Shown here in pieces: positions 47,937-57,855 of a DNA stretch of 64,000 nt (positions within the stretch are counted from its first letter, which is position 1; every line of letters starts with the position of its first letter). Location of the stretch: the NCBI GenBank assembly GCA_965223545.1, contig OZ245006.1, forward strand, positions 3,712,001 through 3,776,000. Direction: 5' to 3'. Under the pieces are notes generated by a model, which was not told the origin of the DNA, searched no databases, and saw only the letters and a program-made list of their open reading frames with translations. The translations under genes were made by a program, and so were the position numbers. Source of the DNA: Planctomycetota bacterium. GTDB taxonomy: Bacteria; Planctomycetota; UBA1135; UBA2386.

Positions 47937-49235
47937 ATGAACCGCCTCAGGCTTCCACTGTTGTTGTGCTGCGCGCTCGCCGGCGAGGGCCTCGCCCAAG
48001 AGCGACCCGTGGCGCTGGTCGGCGCCCGCATCCTGCCGGTGACCGGACCGGCGATCGACGCGGGCGTCCTGGTCGTGCAGGACGGGGTGATCGCCGCGAT
48101 CGGTGACCGGGACACCGCGGTCCCCGCCGACGCCGAGCGCATCGACGCCAGCGGCAAGACGATCATCCCCGGTCTCGTCTGCACCCACAGCCACGTCGGC
48201 GGGCCGGGCGGCGCCGACTCGAGCGCGCCTCTGCAGCCCGAGTGCCGCGTGCTGGACAGCATCAACGTGCGCGACGCCGGACTGCACAAGGCGCGCGCCG
48301 GTGGGCTGACGACGCTCAACATCATGCCGGGCTCGGGCCACTTGCTGAGCGGTCAAACGGTCTACGTCAAGCTGCGAGCTGGCGACACGATCGAGGAGCT
48401 GGCGCTGCGCCTCGACGACGGCTCCTTCGCCGGTGGCATCAAGATGGCCAACGGCACCAATCCGATGCGCGCGGCGCCGTTTCCCGGCACCCGCGGCAAG
48501 TCGGCGGCGCTGGTTCGCGCGCTGTTCACCAAGGCGCGCCGCTACGCCGAGAAGCTCGCCGCCGCCGATGAGGGCGCCCAGCCCGACCGCGATCTGGCAC
48601 TCGAGCCGCTGGTCGAAGTGCTCGCCGGCAAGCGCGTCGTGCACCACCACACCCACCGCCACGACGACATCCTCACCGTGCTGCGCATCGCCGATGAGTT
48701 CGGCTTCCGCGTCGTGCTGCACCACGTCAGCGATGCGTGGAAGGTCGCCGACGAGATCGCCGCGGCCGGAGTGCCGTGCTCGGTGATCCTCGTCGACAGC
48801 CCCGGCGGCAAGCTGGAGGCGATGGACATCGCGCTGGAGAACGGCGCGGTGCTGGAGCGCGCCGGCGTCGACACCGCATTCCACACCGACGACGGCATCA
48901 CCGACTCGCGGGTGTTCTTGCGCATGGCCGCGCTCGCGGTGCGCGCCGGCATGTCGCGGCAGAAAGCGCTGGAGGCGTTGACTCTGGTCGGCGCGCGCAT
49001 TCTCGAGCTGGAGGACCGCATCGGCAGCCTGGAGGTCGGCAAGGATGCGGACCTCGCGGTGCTGTCGGGCGACCCTTTCAGCGTCTACACCAAAGTCGAG
49101 CAAACCTGGGTCGACGGGCAGCTCGTGTTCGACCGCAGTCGGCCCGAGGACCGGCTGGCGGCCGAGGGCGGCATGGGAGCGAGCGACGACCAGGCTTGGT
49201 ATCTGTGCTGCGCCCAAAAGGGCGCGCAGGAGTAG
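47937..49235 (+). CDS. Secreted amidohydrolase family protein (1)
   Basis: IDASGK.IIPGLV.THSH, KMANGTNP and RIGSLEVGKDAD motifs. Confidence 0.9.
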   Translation: MNRLRLPLLLCCALAGEGLAQERPVALVGARILPVTGPAIDAGVLVVQDGVIAAIGDRDTAVPADAERIDASGKTIIPGLVCTHSHVGGPGGADSSAPLQPECRVLDSINVRDAGLHKARAGGLTTLNIMPGSGHLLSGQTVYVKLRAGDTIEELALRLDDGSFAGGIKMANGTNPMRAAPFPGTRGKSAALVRALFTKARRYAEKLAAADEGAQPDRDLALEPLVEVLAGKRVVHHHTHRHDDILTVLRIADEFGFRVVLHHVSDAWKVADEIAAAGVPCSVILVDSPGGKLEAMDIALENGAVLERAGVDTAFHTDDGITDSRVFLRMAALAVRAGMSRQKALEALTLVGARILELEDRIGSLEVGKDADLAVLSGDPFSVYTKVEQTWVDGQLVFDRSRPEDRLAAEGGMGASDDQAWYLCCAQKGAQE

Positions 49236-49239
49236 GGCG

Positions 49240-50466
49240 ATGTCGAGATTCGATGCGATCGTCGGACGGGCCTGTCTCGCAATCCTGCCGGTCCTCCTGA
49301 GCACTGCGCCCGCACAGGTCGCGGTCCGCGGCGACACCGTCCACCCGGTGTCTGGACCACCGATCACCGACGGGGTCGTGGTGGTGCAGGACGGCCGGAT
49401 CACCGCGATCGGTCCGGCCGCCTCGACGCCGATCCCCGAGGGGTTGCGCGTGCTTCGCGCCGCGGTCGTCACGCCCGGCTTGATCGACGCGCATTCGGTG
49501 ATCGGTCTCGCCGGCTACCTCAACCAAGATCAAGATCAGGACCAGCTAGAGCGGAGTGCCGCCACGCAGCCCGAGCTGCGCGCGCTGGATGCCTACAACC
49601 CGCGGGAGCGCCTGGTCGAATGGGTGCGCGGCTTCGGTGTCACGACCCTGCACACGGGCCACGCCCCCGGCGCGCTGGTTCCCGGCCAGACCATCGTGGT
49701 CAAGACGCGCGGCAACAGCGTCGAGGCCGCACTGCTCGACGACTACGCCGCCCTGGCGGTGACGCTCGGCAGCGGCGGCCTCGGCCGCGAGGGCAAGTCG
49801 CCCGGCACGCGCGGCAAGGACGTCGCCATGCTGCGCTCGCTGCTCACCAAGGCCCGCGGCTACGCCGCCAAGCGCGACGCCGCCGATGGCGACAAGCAGC
49901 CCGACGTCGACCTTCGCCTCGAGGCCCTGCTGCCCGTGCTCGCCGGCGAGGTCCCGCTGCTGGTCACCGCCCACCGCCAGCTGGACATCCAGTCGGCGCT
50001 CCGGCTGCGCGAGGAGTTCGGCTTCAAGCTGCTGCTCGACGGTGGCGCCGAGGCCCACCAGATGCTCGACGCGCTGCGGGCGGCCGAAGTGCCGGTGATC
50101 GCCCACGCCCCCCTGGCTCGCCACCGCGGCGACCTGCAAAACGCGACGTTCGAGCTCGGCGCGCTGCTCGAGGGCGCCGACATTCCGTTCGCCTACCAGA
50201 GCGGCTACGAGAGCTACGTGCCCAAGACGCGGGTAGTGCTGTTCGAAGCCGCGATCGGCGCCGCCCACGGGCTGGGCTTCGACGGCGCGCTGCGCGCGAT
50301 CACGCTGGCGCCGGCGCGGATTCTGGGGCTGGCGGACCGCATCGGCAGCCTCGAAGTGGGCAAGGATGGCGACCTGGCGCTCTACGACGGCGACCCGTTC
50401 GAGTACACGTCGCACTGCGTGGCGACGGTGATCGAGGGGGAGGTGGTGTTCGAGGGTCGCCGTTAG
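49240..50466 (+). CDS. Secreted amidohydrolase family protein (2)
   Basis: VTPGLIDAHS, AITL.PARILG and RIGSLEVGKDGD motifs. ATG 49240 after AGGAG. Confidence 0.9.
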   Translation: MSRFDAIVGRACLAILPVLLSTAPAQVAVRGDTVHPVSGPPITDGVVVVQDGRITAIGPAASTPIPEGLRVLRAAVVTPGLIDAHSVIGLAGYLNQDQDQDQLERSAATQPELRALDAYNPRERLVEWVRGFGVTTLHTGHAPGALVPGQTIVVKTRGNSVEAALLDDYAALAVTLGSGGLGREGKSPGTRGKDVAMLRSLLTKARGYAAKRDAADGDKQPDVDLRLEALLPVLAGEVPLLVTAHRQLDIQSALRLREEFGFKLLLDGGAEAHQMLDALRAAEVPVIAHAPLARHRGDLQNATFELGALLEGADIPFAYQSGYESYVPKTRVVLFEAAIGAAHGLGFDGALRAITLAPARILGLADRIGSLEVGKDGDLALYDGDPFEYTSHCVATVIEGEVVFEGRR

Positions 50467-50589
50467 CGGCCGGATCGACGCTCAGCCCCGACCCCGGCCA
50501 GCGCCCCAGCGAGGTCCATTTTGCTGAAACTATCGGGCGGGGGGCCGACACTCACTCCACCCCCAGCTCTGGCTCGAAGACGCAACAGA

Positions 50590-52209
50590 ATGAGAATCGC
50601 TCACCTCGTCACTTGGTGCACCCTGGTCTCCGTTCTCCCGTCGCAGGGCGGGATCCCCCTGTTCGGCGCCAAGTACCTCGGCGGTGAGTTCGAGGAAGAT
50701 GCCGCCGCGCACCCCGTGAGCCGCGCTTGGCCTTCGAGCCTGCCGCGGGCGGGCGCGTTCCGCCAGGTGGTCGCCGCACGATGGACCGCGCAGGTGAGAC
50801 CCGACGCCATCGCGTTGACCGGCGATGAGCTGGTGATCTTCGCGGCGCCCGGGATCCACTCCCACATCGGCACCGTCCCGGGCACGGATGGCCTATCCGT
50901 CCTCGATGTCGCCACCGTGCGCGGCCGCGGGACTCCGGACGACTCCAATCCCGCCCACGACGCCCTGGCACTGGCGTGTGCCAGCGGGCTGAGCATCCTG
51001 CGCTTCGACCCTCTGACCGAAGCTGCTTCCGTGGAGACCGTCTCGAGCTCGACGTGGAGCGGAGCGACACGAATCGCGGTGCATCCCACCGACCCGACGG
51101 CGATCTTCGGCATCAGCGCGGACAACGAGCTGCTCGTCGCGCTGGACAACGGCTCGGGCTACGCCGATGCGTCACTCATCACGCCCCTGTCACAGAACGT
51201 CTTTGCGATCGAGTGCTGCGATTGGGAGGGCGATGGACAGTCCGAGGTGGCGGTACTGACCGACCAGGGCTTGACCGTGTACGACCGGCTGGGCGGCATC
51301 CGCGCCGCGTTCGCCGAGGACACCGGCGCGGGCGCATTGGCCCTTCTGTCGGGCCCCACTGCCGAAGATCAGTTGGCGTGGCTGCGATCGGTCGACAACT
51401 CGCCAGAAGTCGCCGTGGTCGGCCAGATCGTCGCCGCGCCGATGGTGACGCCCCTCGCCCAGGACTACGTCGCGATCACCGCCGCGGACTGGACGCAGAG
51501 TGGCACTCCCGACCTCATGCTGTCGACCGCGGACAATCGCGCAGCGACGCTCCTGTTCAATTCTGGCAGCGAGGTGCCTCAGTACCAACACGCGCCCGGC
51601 ACAGCTGTGGACGTCGCGACGTCGGTGACTGCGACCCGGATCGCCAACACGTGTGCGCCGGTGGCCGACGACTTCGACGGCGACTCCGACATCGACGTGT
51701 TCATGCCGGTCGAGGGCTCGACCGCGCAGTCGATCGACTGCAGCTACACGTGGATTCAGTCCAAAGTCATCCACGGTCAACCGAGCTACGTGACCGGATT
51801 GCTCGCCTCGACCCCCAGCGTGACGTTGACACTCAACCACGTCCCCGGAGCCACCCACATGCAAGTCGTGTACTGGGCGGTTGACGTCACCGGACAGCTC
51901 TCTCCCAAGCCGACGCAATCTGCACTGGTCGCGCCCGAGTTCACCGAATGGACAACCGTGGTCAGTCAGGGCCACCTCGACGCCGGCGGGACTTACGTGA
52001 TCATGGTCCGCCCCGTTCTCGCCTCGAAAGGCATCGTTACCGACGCCAACCCCGCCGAGTTGATCGAGATCCAAACGGACTACACACCTCCCCCGACCCC
52101 GGCAGGCGGAGTCAAATTCTTTGTCGGAGGCACGCGAATCACCGGAGGTACCGTGACGCCCGAAGTCCCGCCCGGACCTCCGCCGGGAAATCCGCCGACC
52201 GTGGACTGA
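50590..52209 (+). CDS. Secreted FG-GAP/VCBS-like repeat protein with a Pro-rich tail
   Basis: DWEGDGQSEV, ADWTQSGTPDL and DDFDGDSDIDV motifs. Signal peptide. Ends PPGPPPGNPPTVD. Confidence 0.75.
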   Translation: MRIAHLVTWCTLVSVLPSQGGIPLFGAKYLGGEFEEDAAAHPVSRAWPSSLPRAGAFRQVVAARWTAQVRPDAIALTGDELVIFAAPGIHSHIGTVPGTDGLSVLDVATVRGRGTPDDSNPAHDALALACASGLSILRFDPLTEAASVETVSSSTWSGATRIAVHPTDPTAIFGISADNELLVALDNGSGYADASLITPLSQNVFAIECCDWEGDGQSEVAVLTDQGLTVYDRLGGIRAAFAEDTGAGALALLSGPTAEDQLAWLRSVDNSPEVAVVGQIVAAPMVTPLAQDYVAITAADWTQSGTPDLMLSTADNRAATLLFNSGSEVPQYQHAPGTAVDVATSVTATRIANTCAPVADDFDGDSDIDVFMPVEGSTAQSIDCSYTWIQSKVIHGQPSYVTGLLASTPSVTLTLNHVPGATHMQVVYWAVDVTGQLSPKPTQSALVAPEFTEWTTVVSQGHLDAGGTYVIMVRPVLASKGIVTDANPAELIEIQTDYTPPPTPAGGVKFFVGGTRITGGTVTPEVPPGPPPGNPPTVD

Positions 52210-52235
52210 CGAGGAGAGCAGCCCGGGGGCCCCAT

Positions 52236-54461
52236 TCAGCGGACGCTCCGGGTCGATCGCGGCGGGCCCGGGTCGATGCCCACGACGCGCAGCCCCGCGA
52301 AGTGATGGGGGTGCTCGCGGCCGCGGCGCCCGGCGACGAGCTCTCGACCGGCGCGCATCGCCTCGGCGATCCCCGCGCCCTGTCTCCATTCCGTCAGGCA
52401 GGCCGCCAACAGATCTTCGGTGGCGCCCACCGACAGCGCGCCGTGCGCGAGGACCACGCATTGCGCGCCCGCTCGGATGAACGCGCCACCCAGATGACCC
52501 GCCCCATCGTCGCCGATCCGGTCCGGCCCATCGGCCGCGTCGCACACCCCCAGCAAGACGAGCGGTGGCGCGCGCAGACGCTCGACGCCGTCGGCAAACA
52601 GCAGTTCGGTGCCGGTCTCGCCAGCCAGGACAATCGCTGCGGAGCGCTCGACCGCCAAGTCTTGGACTCCATGGGTGAAGAAGCACCACGCGTCTGCCCC
52701 TCGAGCGGCGGGGGTCGCGAGCACCGACGCGCGCGCGTCCGGCCCCCAGGCATCGACCCGCTCCGCGGGGCCGAACGCGCCGCCGATCGCCTCGCGGCGC
52801 CGCGCGTCCAACGCGAGCGCATCCACACCCCACCGAGCGCCAAAGTCGGCGTCGACGGGCGGATCGCCGATCAGCACCAAGCGTGACCCCGCGTTGGCGT
52901 TCGCGCCCGCCGGGCCGGCTCTCCGATCGCGGAGAGCCGTCCCCAGCGTCATCGAGGGTAGAAAGATCAGTGGCTTCGCCAACCCCAGCCAAGTGTCACC
53001 CCAGGGCAGCGCTTGCAAGACCTGCCCGTTGTCCTCGAAGCCGACGACCACGACTTGGCTCCAGCCATCGATGCGTTCTCGGAGCGCGGGCGAGAACAAC
53101 CGGTCACGGACGGCGGCCGCCCGCTGGCGGAATGCGGACACACCTGCGTGGCTGCGGCGACCCTCGTCGGGAACCTCGTCGATCTCGCGCGCCAAGGCGC
53201 GGAGGTCGCCGCGCAGTGCACGGTCGACCGGGGTCGTATGGGCATCTTGGCCGACGCCGTCGATCGCCAGCATGGTGGCGGAATGCGAGCCAACACACAG
53301 CATCAGCGCTCCGCCGCCTGGCGGGAGCAGTGCGCGGACGTCGGCAAGCTGCGCACGCGGGGCGGCAAACCGCCGCGACAGCATGCCCATGGCCAGCGCG
53401 GATTCGAGATGGTCGAACGCGGCGGCCACGCCGGCCTCGGAGTCGAGGACCATGAGGTCCAGCCGCAACAGGGTGGCCAACAAATCGCGGCGGGCGAGGA
53501 ACTGGAACAGCCCGACGCCGCCCGCGCGCTCGGGCATGTGCGCCAGCTGCGAAAACCACGTCTCGGCAGCTGCGGCGAGCTCGGCGCGCGCCGTCAGAAG
53601 AGCTTGCCGGTCCGCGCCCCGCGCGATGACCACGCGCGCGCGTTGGGCCAACGCCTCACCCGCGTGCTTGGCGTCGGACAACGTGTGGGGATCGATCTTC
53701 AGTGCCAGGTCGGCGGCGCGTTCGGCCTCGCCGGCATCCAACCACGCATCCACCGCCTCGAGGCCACAACGCCAGTGCAAATGTGGAGGTAGACCCTCGC
53801 CGAGCAGGCGCTCCAGCTGTTGCGCCACCTGCCACTGCTCTTCGAGTGGACGTTGCCGGCGCCCGGCGATGGCAGCCCTCGCCTCCAGATCCACACGCCT
53901 GTCGGCGAGCGCACCGACGAGTTGCTCGTCACCGAGCGCGGATCGAGCCCGAATCTCGGCGAGCTCGTAGTCGCCGCCCGCCAGAGCAGCATCGATCGCG
54001 AACAACGTCGCGCGCGCCCGATCTTCGACATCCTCGCTGCACGCCAAGAACGCACGTGCGTCGACCTCGGCGAGATCCGGCAAACCCAGCGCCAGATGGA
54101 CCCGCACCCGCTCTCCCAAGGCAGTGCGAAACGACCTTCGCACCAGACGGTAGTCCCGGTACTCGGGATCGGCCCGCCACTTTTCCAGCAGCCGGAACGC
54201 GGCCCGCAGGTGTCCGACGCCTTCCCACGGTCGGCCGCGCAGCCGCGCGACGGTCGAGAGCCCGGTCCAGGCCCAGGGGTGATACCACGACGTCTTCCCC
54301 GCGACGACCTCGGCAAACCGCGCCTCGGCGAGGACCAGGTCCGGCGGCTCCCCCGCCAGGGCAGCTTGGCCCTCGGTCGCCAACCGCTGCGCGTGCGGTA
54401 CGGCGTCGCTCGCTTCCTGCGCTGGCGACGTGCCGGCACCGCCGAGCACGGCCAATGTCAC
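52236..54461 (-). CDS. TPR-like + CHAT (caspase-like cysteine protease) domain protein
   Basis: LQALPW, FTHG (His), VLLGVC (Cys), AFIRAGA..VV and HPHHFAG motifs. Start GTG 54461 overlapping the upstream stop (alternative ATG 54566). Confidence 0.85.
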   Translation of the reverse strand: MTLAVLGGAGTSPAQEASDAVPHAQRLATEGQAALAGEPPDLVLAEARFAEVVAGKTSWYHPWAWTGLSTVARLRGRPWEGVGHLRAAFRLLEKWRADPEYRDYRLVRRSFRTALGERVRVHLALGLPDLAEVDARAFLACSEDVEDRARATLFAIDAALAGGDYELAEIRARSALGDEQLVGALADRRVDLEARAAIAGRRQRPLEEQWQVAQQLERLLGEGLPPHLHWRCGLEAVDAWLDAGEAERAADLALKIDPHTLSDAKHAGEALAQRARVVIARGADRQALLTARAELAAAAETWFSQLAHMPERAGGVGLFQFLARRDLLATLLRLDLMVLDSEAGVAAAFDHLESALAMGMLSRRFAAPRAQLADVRALLPPGGGALMLCVGSHSATMLAIDGVGQDAHTTPVDRALRGDLRALAREIDEVPDEGRRSHAGVSAFRQRAAAVRDRLFSPALRERIDGWSQVVVVGFEDNGQVLQALPWGDTWLGLAKPLIFLPSMTLGTALRDRRAGPAGANANAGSRLVLIGDPPVDADFGARWGVDALALDARRREAIGGAFGPAERVDAWGPDARASVLATPAARGADAWCFFTHGVQDLAVERSAAIVLAGETGTELLFADGVERLRAPPLVLLGVCDAADGPDRIGDDGAGHLGGAFIRAGAQCVVLAHGALSVGATEDLLAACLTEWRQGAGIAEAMRAGRELVAGRRGREHPHHFAGLRVVGIDPGPPRSTRSVR

Positions 54462-55114
54462 CGCAAGGGCGCATCCGCGCTGAAGCGGCGACCTCGATAC
54501 CTGGCAACCACACGCCAGCGCGTCTCTTGCGGCTGCTGCAGCACGAAATCCCGGTCCAGTGTCCATGTCGTCTCCGTCAGCTCGCCACTCTGTCCTCCCG
54601 CAATCGCGCGGTCCGGATCCTCCGGGTCGAAGAGGTGCACGGTGAACACGGCTGCCGGGACGCTGCAGCTCCACTGCAGCCGCACGATATCGCCGGAGAC
54701 GGTTGGCGCTGCCAGCTGCAGCCGCGGATCACCAAGTGAGCGCCGGTCGTCGGGCTGCGGTCCGCCGAACGCGCGGAACAGGATCACCAACAAGACCGCG
54801 GCCGCCGCCACCGCAGCCCACGCTGGCCAGCGCCGCGGCGCGGCGGGTTTGCCGGCCGCCGCCAAGCGCCGCAGCCTACTGCCCACTTCGGGGGCGTCGC
54901 CGCCGGTGCCCTCCAACGCCTCCGCCATGACGACTCGCTCTCGCTCGCCATCGGCGTCGAGGCATTCCTGCAGCGCACGCAGCTCGCGCAACGAGCTGCG
55001 AAACGCCTCGTTGCTCCGCGCGGCCGCGGCGACCTCGGCGTCGTCAACGCGCCGATCACCGGCGAGAACCTCGGTCAGAAGCCGCATGTCACGTTCGTTC
55101 AAGGGCGCGCCCAT
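54458..55114 (-). CDS. Putative transmembrane anti-sigma factor
   Basis: TGATG-coupled to the sigma gene. Helical N-terminus, one TM (WAAVAAAAVLLVILF) and a small beta-rich C-domain (LQWS..F.V...WRVVA). Confidence 0.75.
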   Translation of the reverse strand: MGAPLNERDMRLLTEVLAGDRRVDDAEVAAAARSNEAFRSSLRELRALQECLDADGERERVVMAEALEGTGGDAPEVGSRLRRLAAAGKPAAPRRWPAWAAVAAAAVLLVILFRAFGGPQPDDRRSLGDPRLQLAAPTVSGDIVRLQWSCSVPAAVFTVHLFDPEDPDRAIAGGQSGELTETTWTLDRDFVLQQPQETRWRVVARYRGRRFSADAPLR

Positions 55115-55719
55115 CACCGTTCCTCCGCCCGACGGAACCATCGGCGCAACGCCTCGAGGCCACGGTAGTAGCGCGTCTTGGCAGTGTTGGGGGAAAGCCC
55201 GAGAGTTCGCGCAATCTCGTCGAAGGTCAGCCCCTCGTAGTGCTTGAGGCGGATCACCGCCGATTCCTCCGGCGCCAGCGTCGCCAAGCCGGACACCATC
55301 TGCTCGGCGTCGAAGAGCCCCTGGATCGTGGCGGCCTCGGGTTCGGCGACCTCTGTGATCGATAGGGTCGACCGCCGTGCGCGCCGCTGCGCGTTGCGCA
55401 GCTCGAGATCACAGACGCGAAACGTCCAAGTCTCCAGCGAGGCGTCGCCGCGAAAATCGGGCAGGCGCCGCCAAACGATCGCCAGCACGTCCTGCGCCAC
55501 GTCGGACAGGGCTTGGGATCCCAGCGGGGACGCGGTACGTCGGTCCAGCGCCGCCAAGAAGCGCGGCACACACGCGAGGCGTTGGATCAGCCGGTCGAGG
55601 CCTTGCGCATCACCGCCGAGGGCCGCTTCGACGAGACGCCGGTCGTCGGCGTGGCCAGCTTTGGGCGGGGTCCCCGGGCGCGCGCCGGAAGGCTCGGTCG
55701 CTGAGTCGCGCCGGAACAT
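55114..55719 (-). CDS. ECF RNA polymerase sigma factor
   Basis: DVAQDV...VWRRL.DFRG.ASL.TW and L..YEGLTFDEIA..LG.S.NT.KTR..RG motifs. Confidence 0.92.
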   Translation of the reverse strand: MFRRDSATEPSGARPGTPPKAGHADDRRLVEAALGGDAQGLDRLIQRLACVPRFLAALDRRTASPLGSQALSDVAQDVLAIVWRRLPDFRGDASLETWTFRVCDLELRNAQRRARRSTLSITEVAEPEAATIQGLFDAEQMVSGLATLAPEESAVIRLKHYEGLTFDEIARTLGLSPNTAKTRYYRGLEALRRWFRRAEER

Positions 55720-55761
55720 CCGGAAAGATTACTTTGTGCGCGGGGGTCGATGCCATCCCCC

Positions 55762-56895
55762 TCAGTGCGCCTGCGGCGCGCCGGACGCGCCCAGCCGCCA
55801 GGCGAACCGACGCCGCGCGAACAGCCGCACCCGCTGCAGCTCCTGCCGCAAAGACCGGTGCGTGAGGCACGAGTTCGCGCAGTCCACGCTGCCAAACCGA
55901 TCACAGGCGATGGTCTCCGCGCGGATCCTCTCAGCGACCGGACCGCGCCAGATCTGGCGCGCACTGGCATCCCGCACGTTCCCCAGCGGAGGAAAGAACC
56001 AGCAGGTCTCGACGTCGCCGTTCGGCCGAATGTGATAGTCGCGCATTCCCACGCGGCAAGGTGCAGCTCCACTGAACGTGCGGTCGCCCCGGAAGTGGGC
56101 TGGCAGCGCCAACAGTTTGGCATCGCTGGTCTCCACACATCCGCCGGCCCGGCGCAGCGCCACCAACTCGGCGGCGATCTCGGCCAGCTCCGCGAGCTCG
56201 TCCGGATCGCGGATCCAGAGCTGCTGCTCGGTCTCGGAGCTCCACGGCCGCACCGGCGAGAAGTCGATGCTGTCCGCACCGATCTCCGACGCCCATCGCG
56301 CGGTTTGCACCAGCGTGCGGAAGGTCGAGCGGGTGACGACGGCCTTCAGACGAATGGGGAATCCAACCTGCTGCCGCGAACGCTCCGCGCTGAGCGATCG
56401 CACGGCCCGCTCGACCTGCGCGGTGGCCCCGCGCACACCGCGGGTCACGTCGTTGATGGATGGCTCCCAAGAGTCCACCGATACATCGATGTTGAACGGC
56501 CGCGCCGCGACCACGCGCCGCACGGTCTTTGGCCGCAGCGCCGACCCGTTGGTGATCACGCCAAAGCTCAGCCTGCGGCGGTGGCAGAACTCGAGCAAGT
56601 CCACGAACCCCCTCTTCAGAAAGGGCTCGCCGCCGGAGAACTGGATCCGATAACGCCCGATGAACTTCTGCAGACTCGCCAGCGCCGCCTTCCACTCCTC
56701 GATGGAGAGTTCGTCGCGATACTCGTCCAGACGCCAGAACCGGCAGTATTGACAGCGGTAGTTGCAGCGCTCATTGATGTGAGCGCGGATCGAGGAGGGA
56801 CGCGTCCAATCGACCCTGGTCCGCAGGCGCAAGGCTTCGGTCGTCACCGAGCGTGCGTACGCGCGCGCGGCCGCGATTGCAGAACGCGCATTCAT
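55762..56895 (-). CDS. Radical SAM protein with a SPASM/twitch domain
   Basis: CNYRCQYC, FSGGEP, TNG, and C-terminal C...I.PNGDV..C...LGNV...IW...C...C..SC. Confidence 0.92.
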   Translation of the reverse strand: MNARSAIAAARAYARSVTTEALRLRTRVDWTRPSSIRAHINERCNYRCQYCRFWRLDEYRDELSIEEWKAALASLQKFIGRYRIQFSGGEPFLKRGFVDLLEFCHRRRLSFGVITNGSALRPKTVRRVVAARPFNIDVSVDSWEPSINDVTRGVRGATAQVERAVRSLSAERSRQQVGFPIRLKAVVTRSTFRTLVQTARWASEIGADSIDFSPVRPWSSETEQQLWIRDPDELAELAEIAAELVALRRAGGCVETSDAKLLALPAHFRGDRTFSGAAPCRVGMRDYHIRPNGDVETCWFFPPLGNVRDASARQIWRGPVAERIRAETIACDRFGSVDCANSCLTHRSLRQELQRVRLFARRRFAWRLGASGAPQAH

Positions 56896-56944
56896 CCTGC
56901 TGGAAGGGTATCACACAGGGGCCGGGATCGTGTTTCTCGCCGAC

Positions 56945-57826
56945 TCAGCTCTCTCGGCTTGCGGGCTCTGCTCGACGCCCACACCTGGCGCGCATCCCCA
57001 ACATCAATGGCATGTCGGGCACACCTTCTGGCATCGCGAACCGCCGCCCCGGCAACCGCCGCATTCCCTCGAACAGCTGGCAACCATTGGTGTGCGGGTA
57101 CTCGCGCAGCTCCTCGACGACGAGCCCCGCGCCCGCCGCCGCGGTGACGATCTGCGCCACGGTCCACTGATAGCTGACACACGCGTGCGGGTTCTCGAAG
57201 GCCTCGGCGACCGCCGCCCGCTGCATCGGCACCAAGCCGTCACCGGAGCGGGCGACGTAGTCCGACACGCCGCCCTCTTCCTCGATCGGTTGGTCGAGGA
57301 AGTAGCCGTCGATCACGCGCCCCTCGCCGTTGAAGCTCCACGCAATCGGATGAAACTCCAGCAGGACAAGAGCCCCGCCGGGGGACAGCACGCCCGCGAC
57401 GCCGCGCATCCAGCGCGGGAGATCCGCGATCCAGCCGATGGCGCCATAGGTGGCGAAGGCGACATCGAAGGACTCGAAGCCCGCCACATCCTCCATCCAC
57501 GCGCAGACCTCGGCCTGGACGAACGTAGCCCCGATGCCCGCTTCGGCAGACAGCGTCTTGGCGAACGCCACGGCCTCATCGCAAAAGTCGACGCCGGTGA
57601 CCGAGGCGCCGAGGGCGGCCAAGCTCAGGGTGTCCTGGCCGGAGTTGCACTGCAGGTGCAGCACGCGGCGGCCGGAGACGTCACCGAGCAGCTCCAACTC
57701 GTCGGCGAACAGCGTGCTGCCGCCATCGCGCAGGTAGGACGCCTGGTCCAGCTTGTGCCGGTTGTGCGCCTGCGTGGCCGCGTTCCACGAGCGGCGGTTG
57801 CGGTCTTGGATCGGGTCGAGCTGCAT
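56945..57826 (-). CDS. Class I SAM-dependent methyltransferase
   Basis: NR.SWN, LHLQCNSGQDTLSLA..GA..TGVD and L.PGG.L.L.EFHP motifs. Confidence 0.9.
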   Translation of the reverse strand: MQLDPIQDRNRRSWNAATQAHNRHKLDQASYLRDGGSTLFADELELLGDVSGRRVLHLQCNSGQDTLSLAALGASVTGVDFCDEAVAFAKTLSAEAGIGATFVQAEVCAWMEDVAGFESFDVAFATYGAIGWIADLPRWMRGVAGVLSPGGALVLLEFHPIAWSFNGEGRVIDGYFLDQPIEEEGGVSDYVARSGDGLVPMQRAAVAEAFENPHACVSYQWTVAQIVTAAAGAGLVVEELREYPHTNGCQLFEGMRRLPGRRFAMPEGVPDMPLMLGMRARCGRRAEPASRES

Positions 57827-57855
57827 TGGATCAATGTTCGCGCATCGGGGAGCGA

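Noticed and set aside
52236..55719. Type III-E CRISPR (Craspase) locus
   Set aside because: No cas genes or repeat-spacer array in the window.
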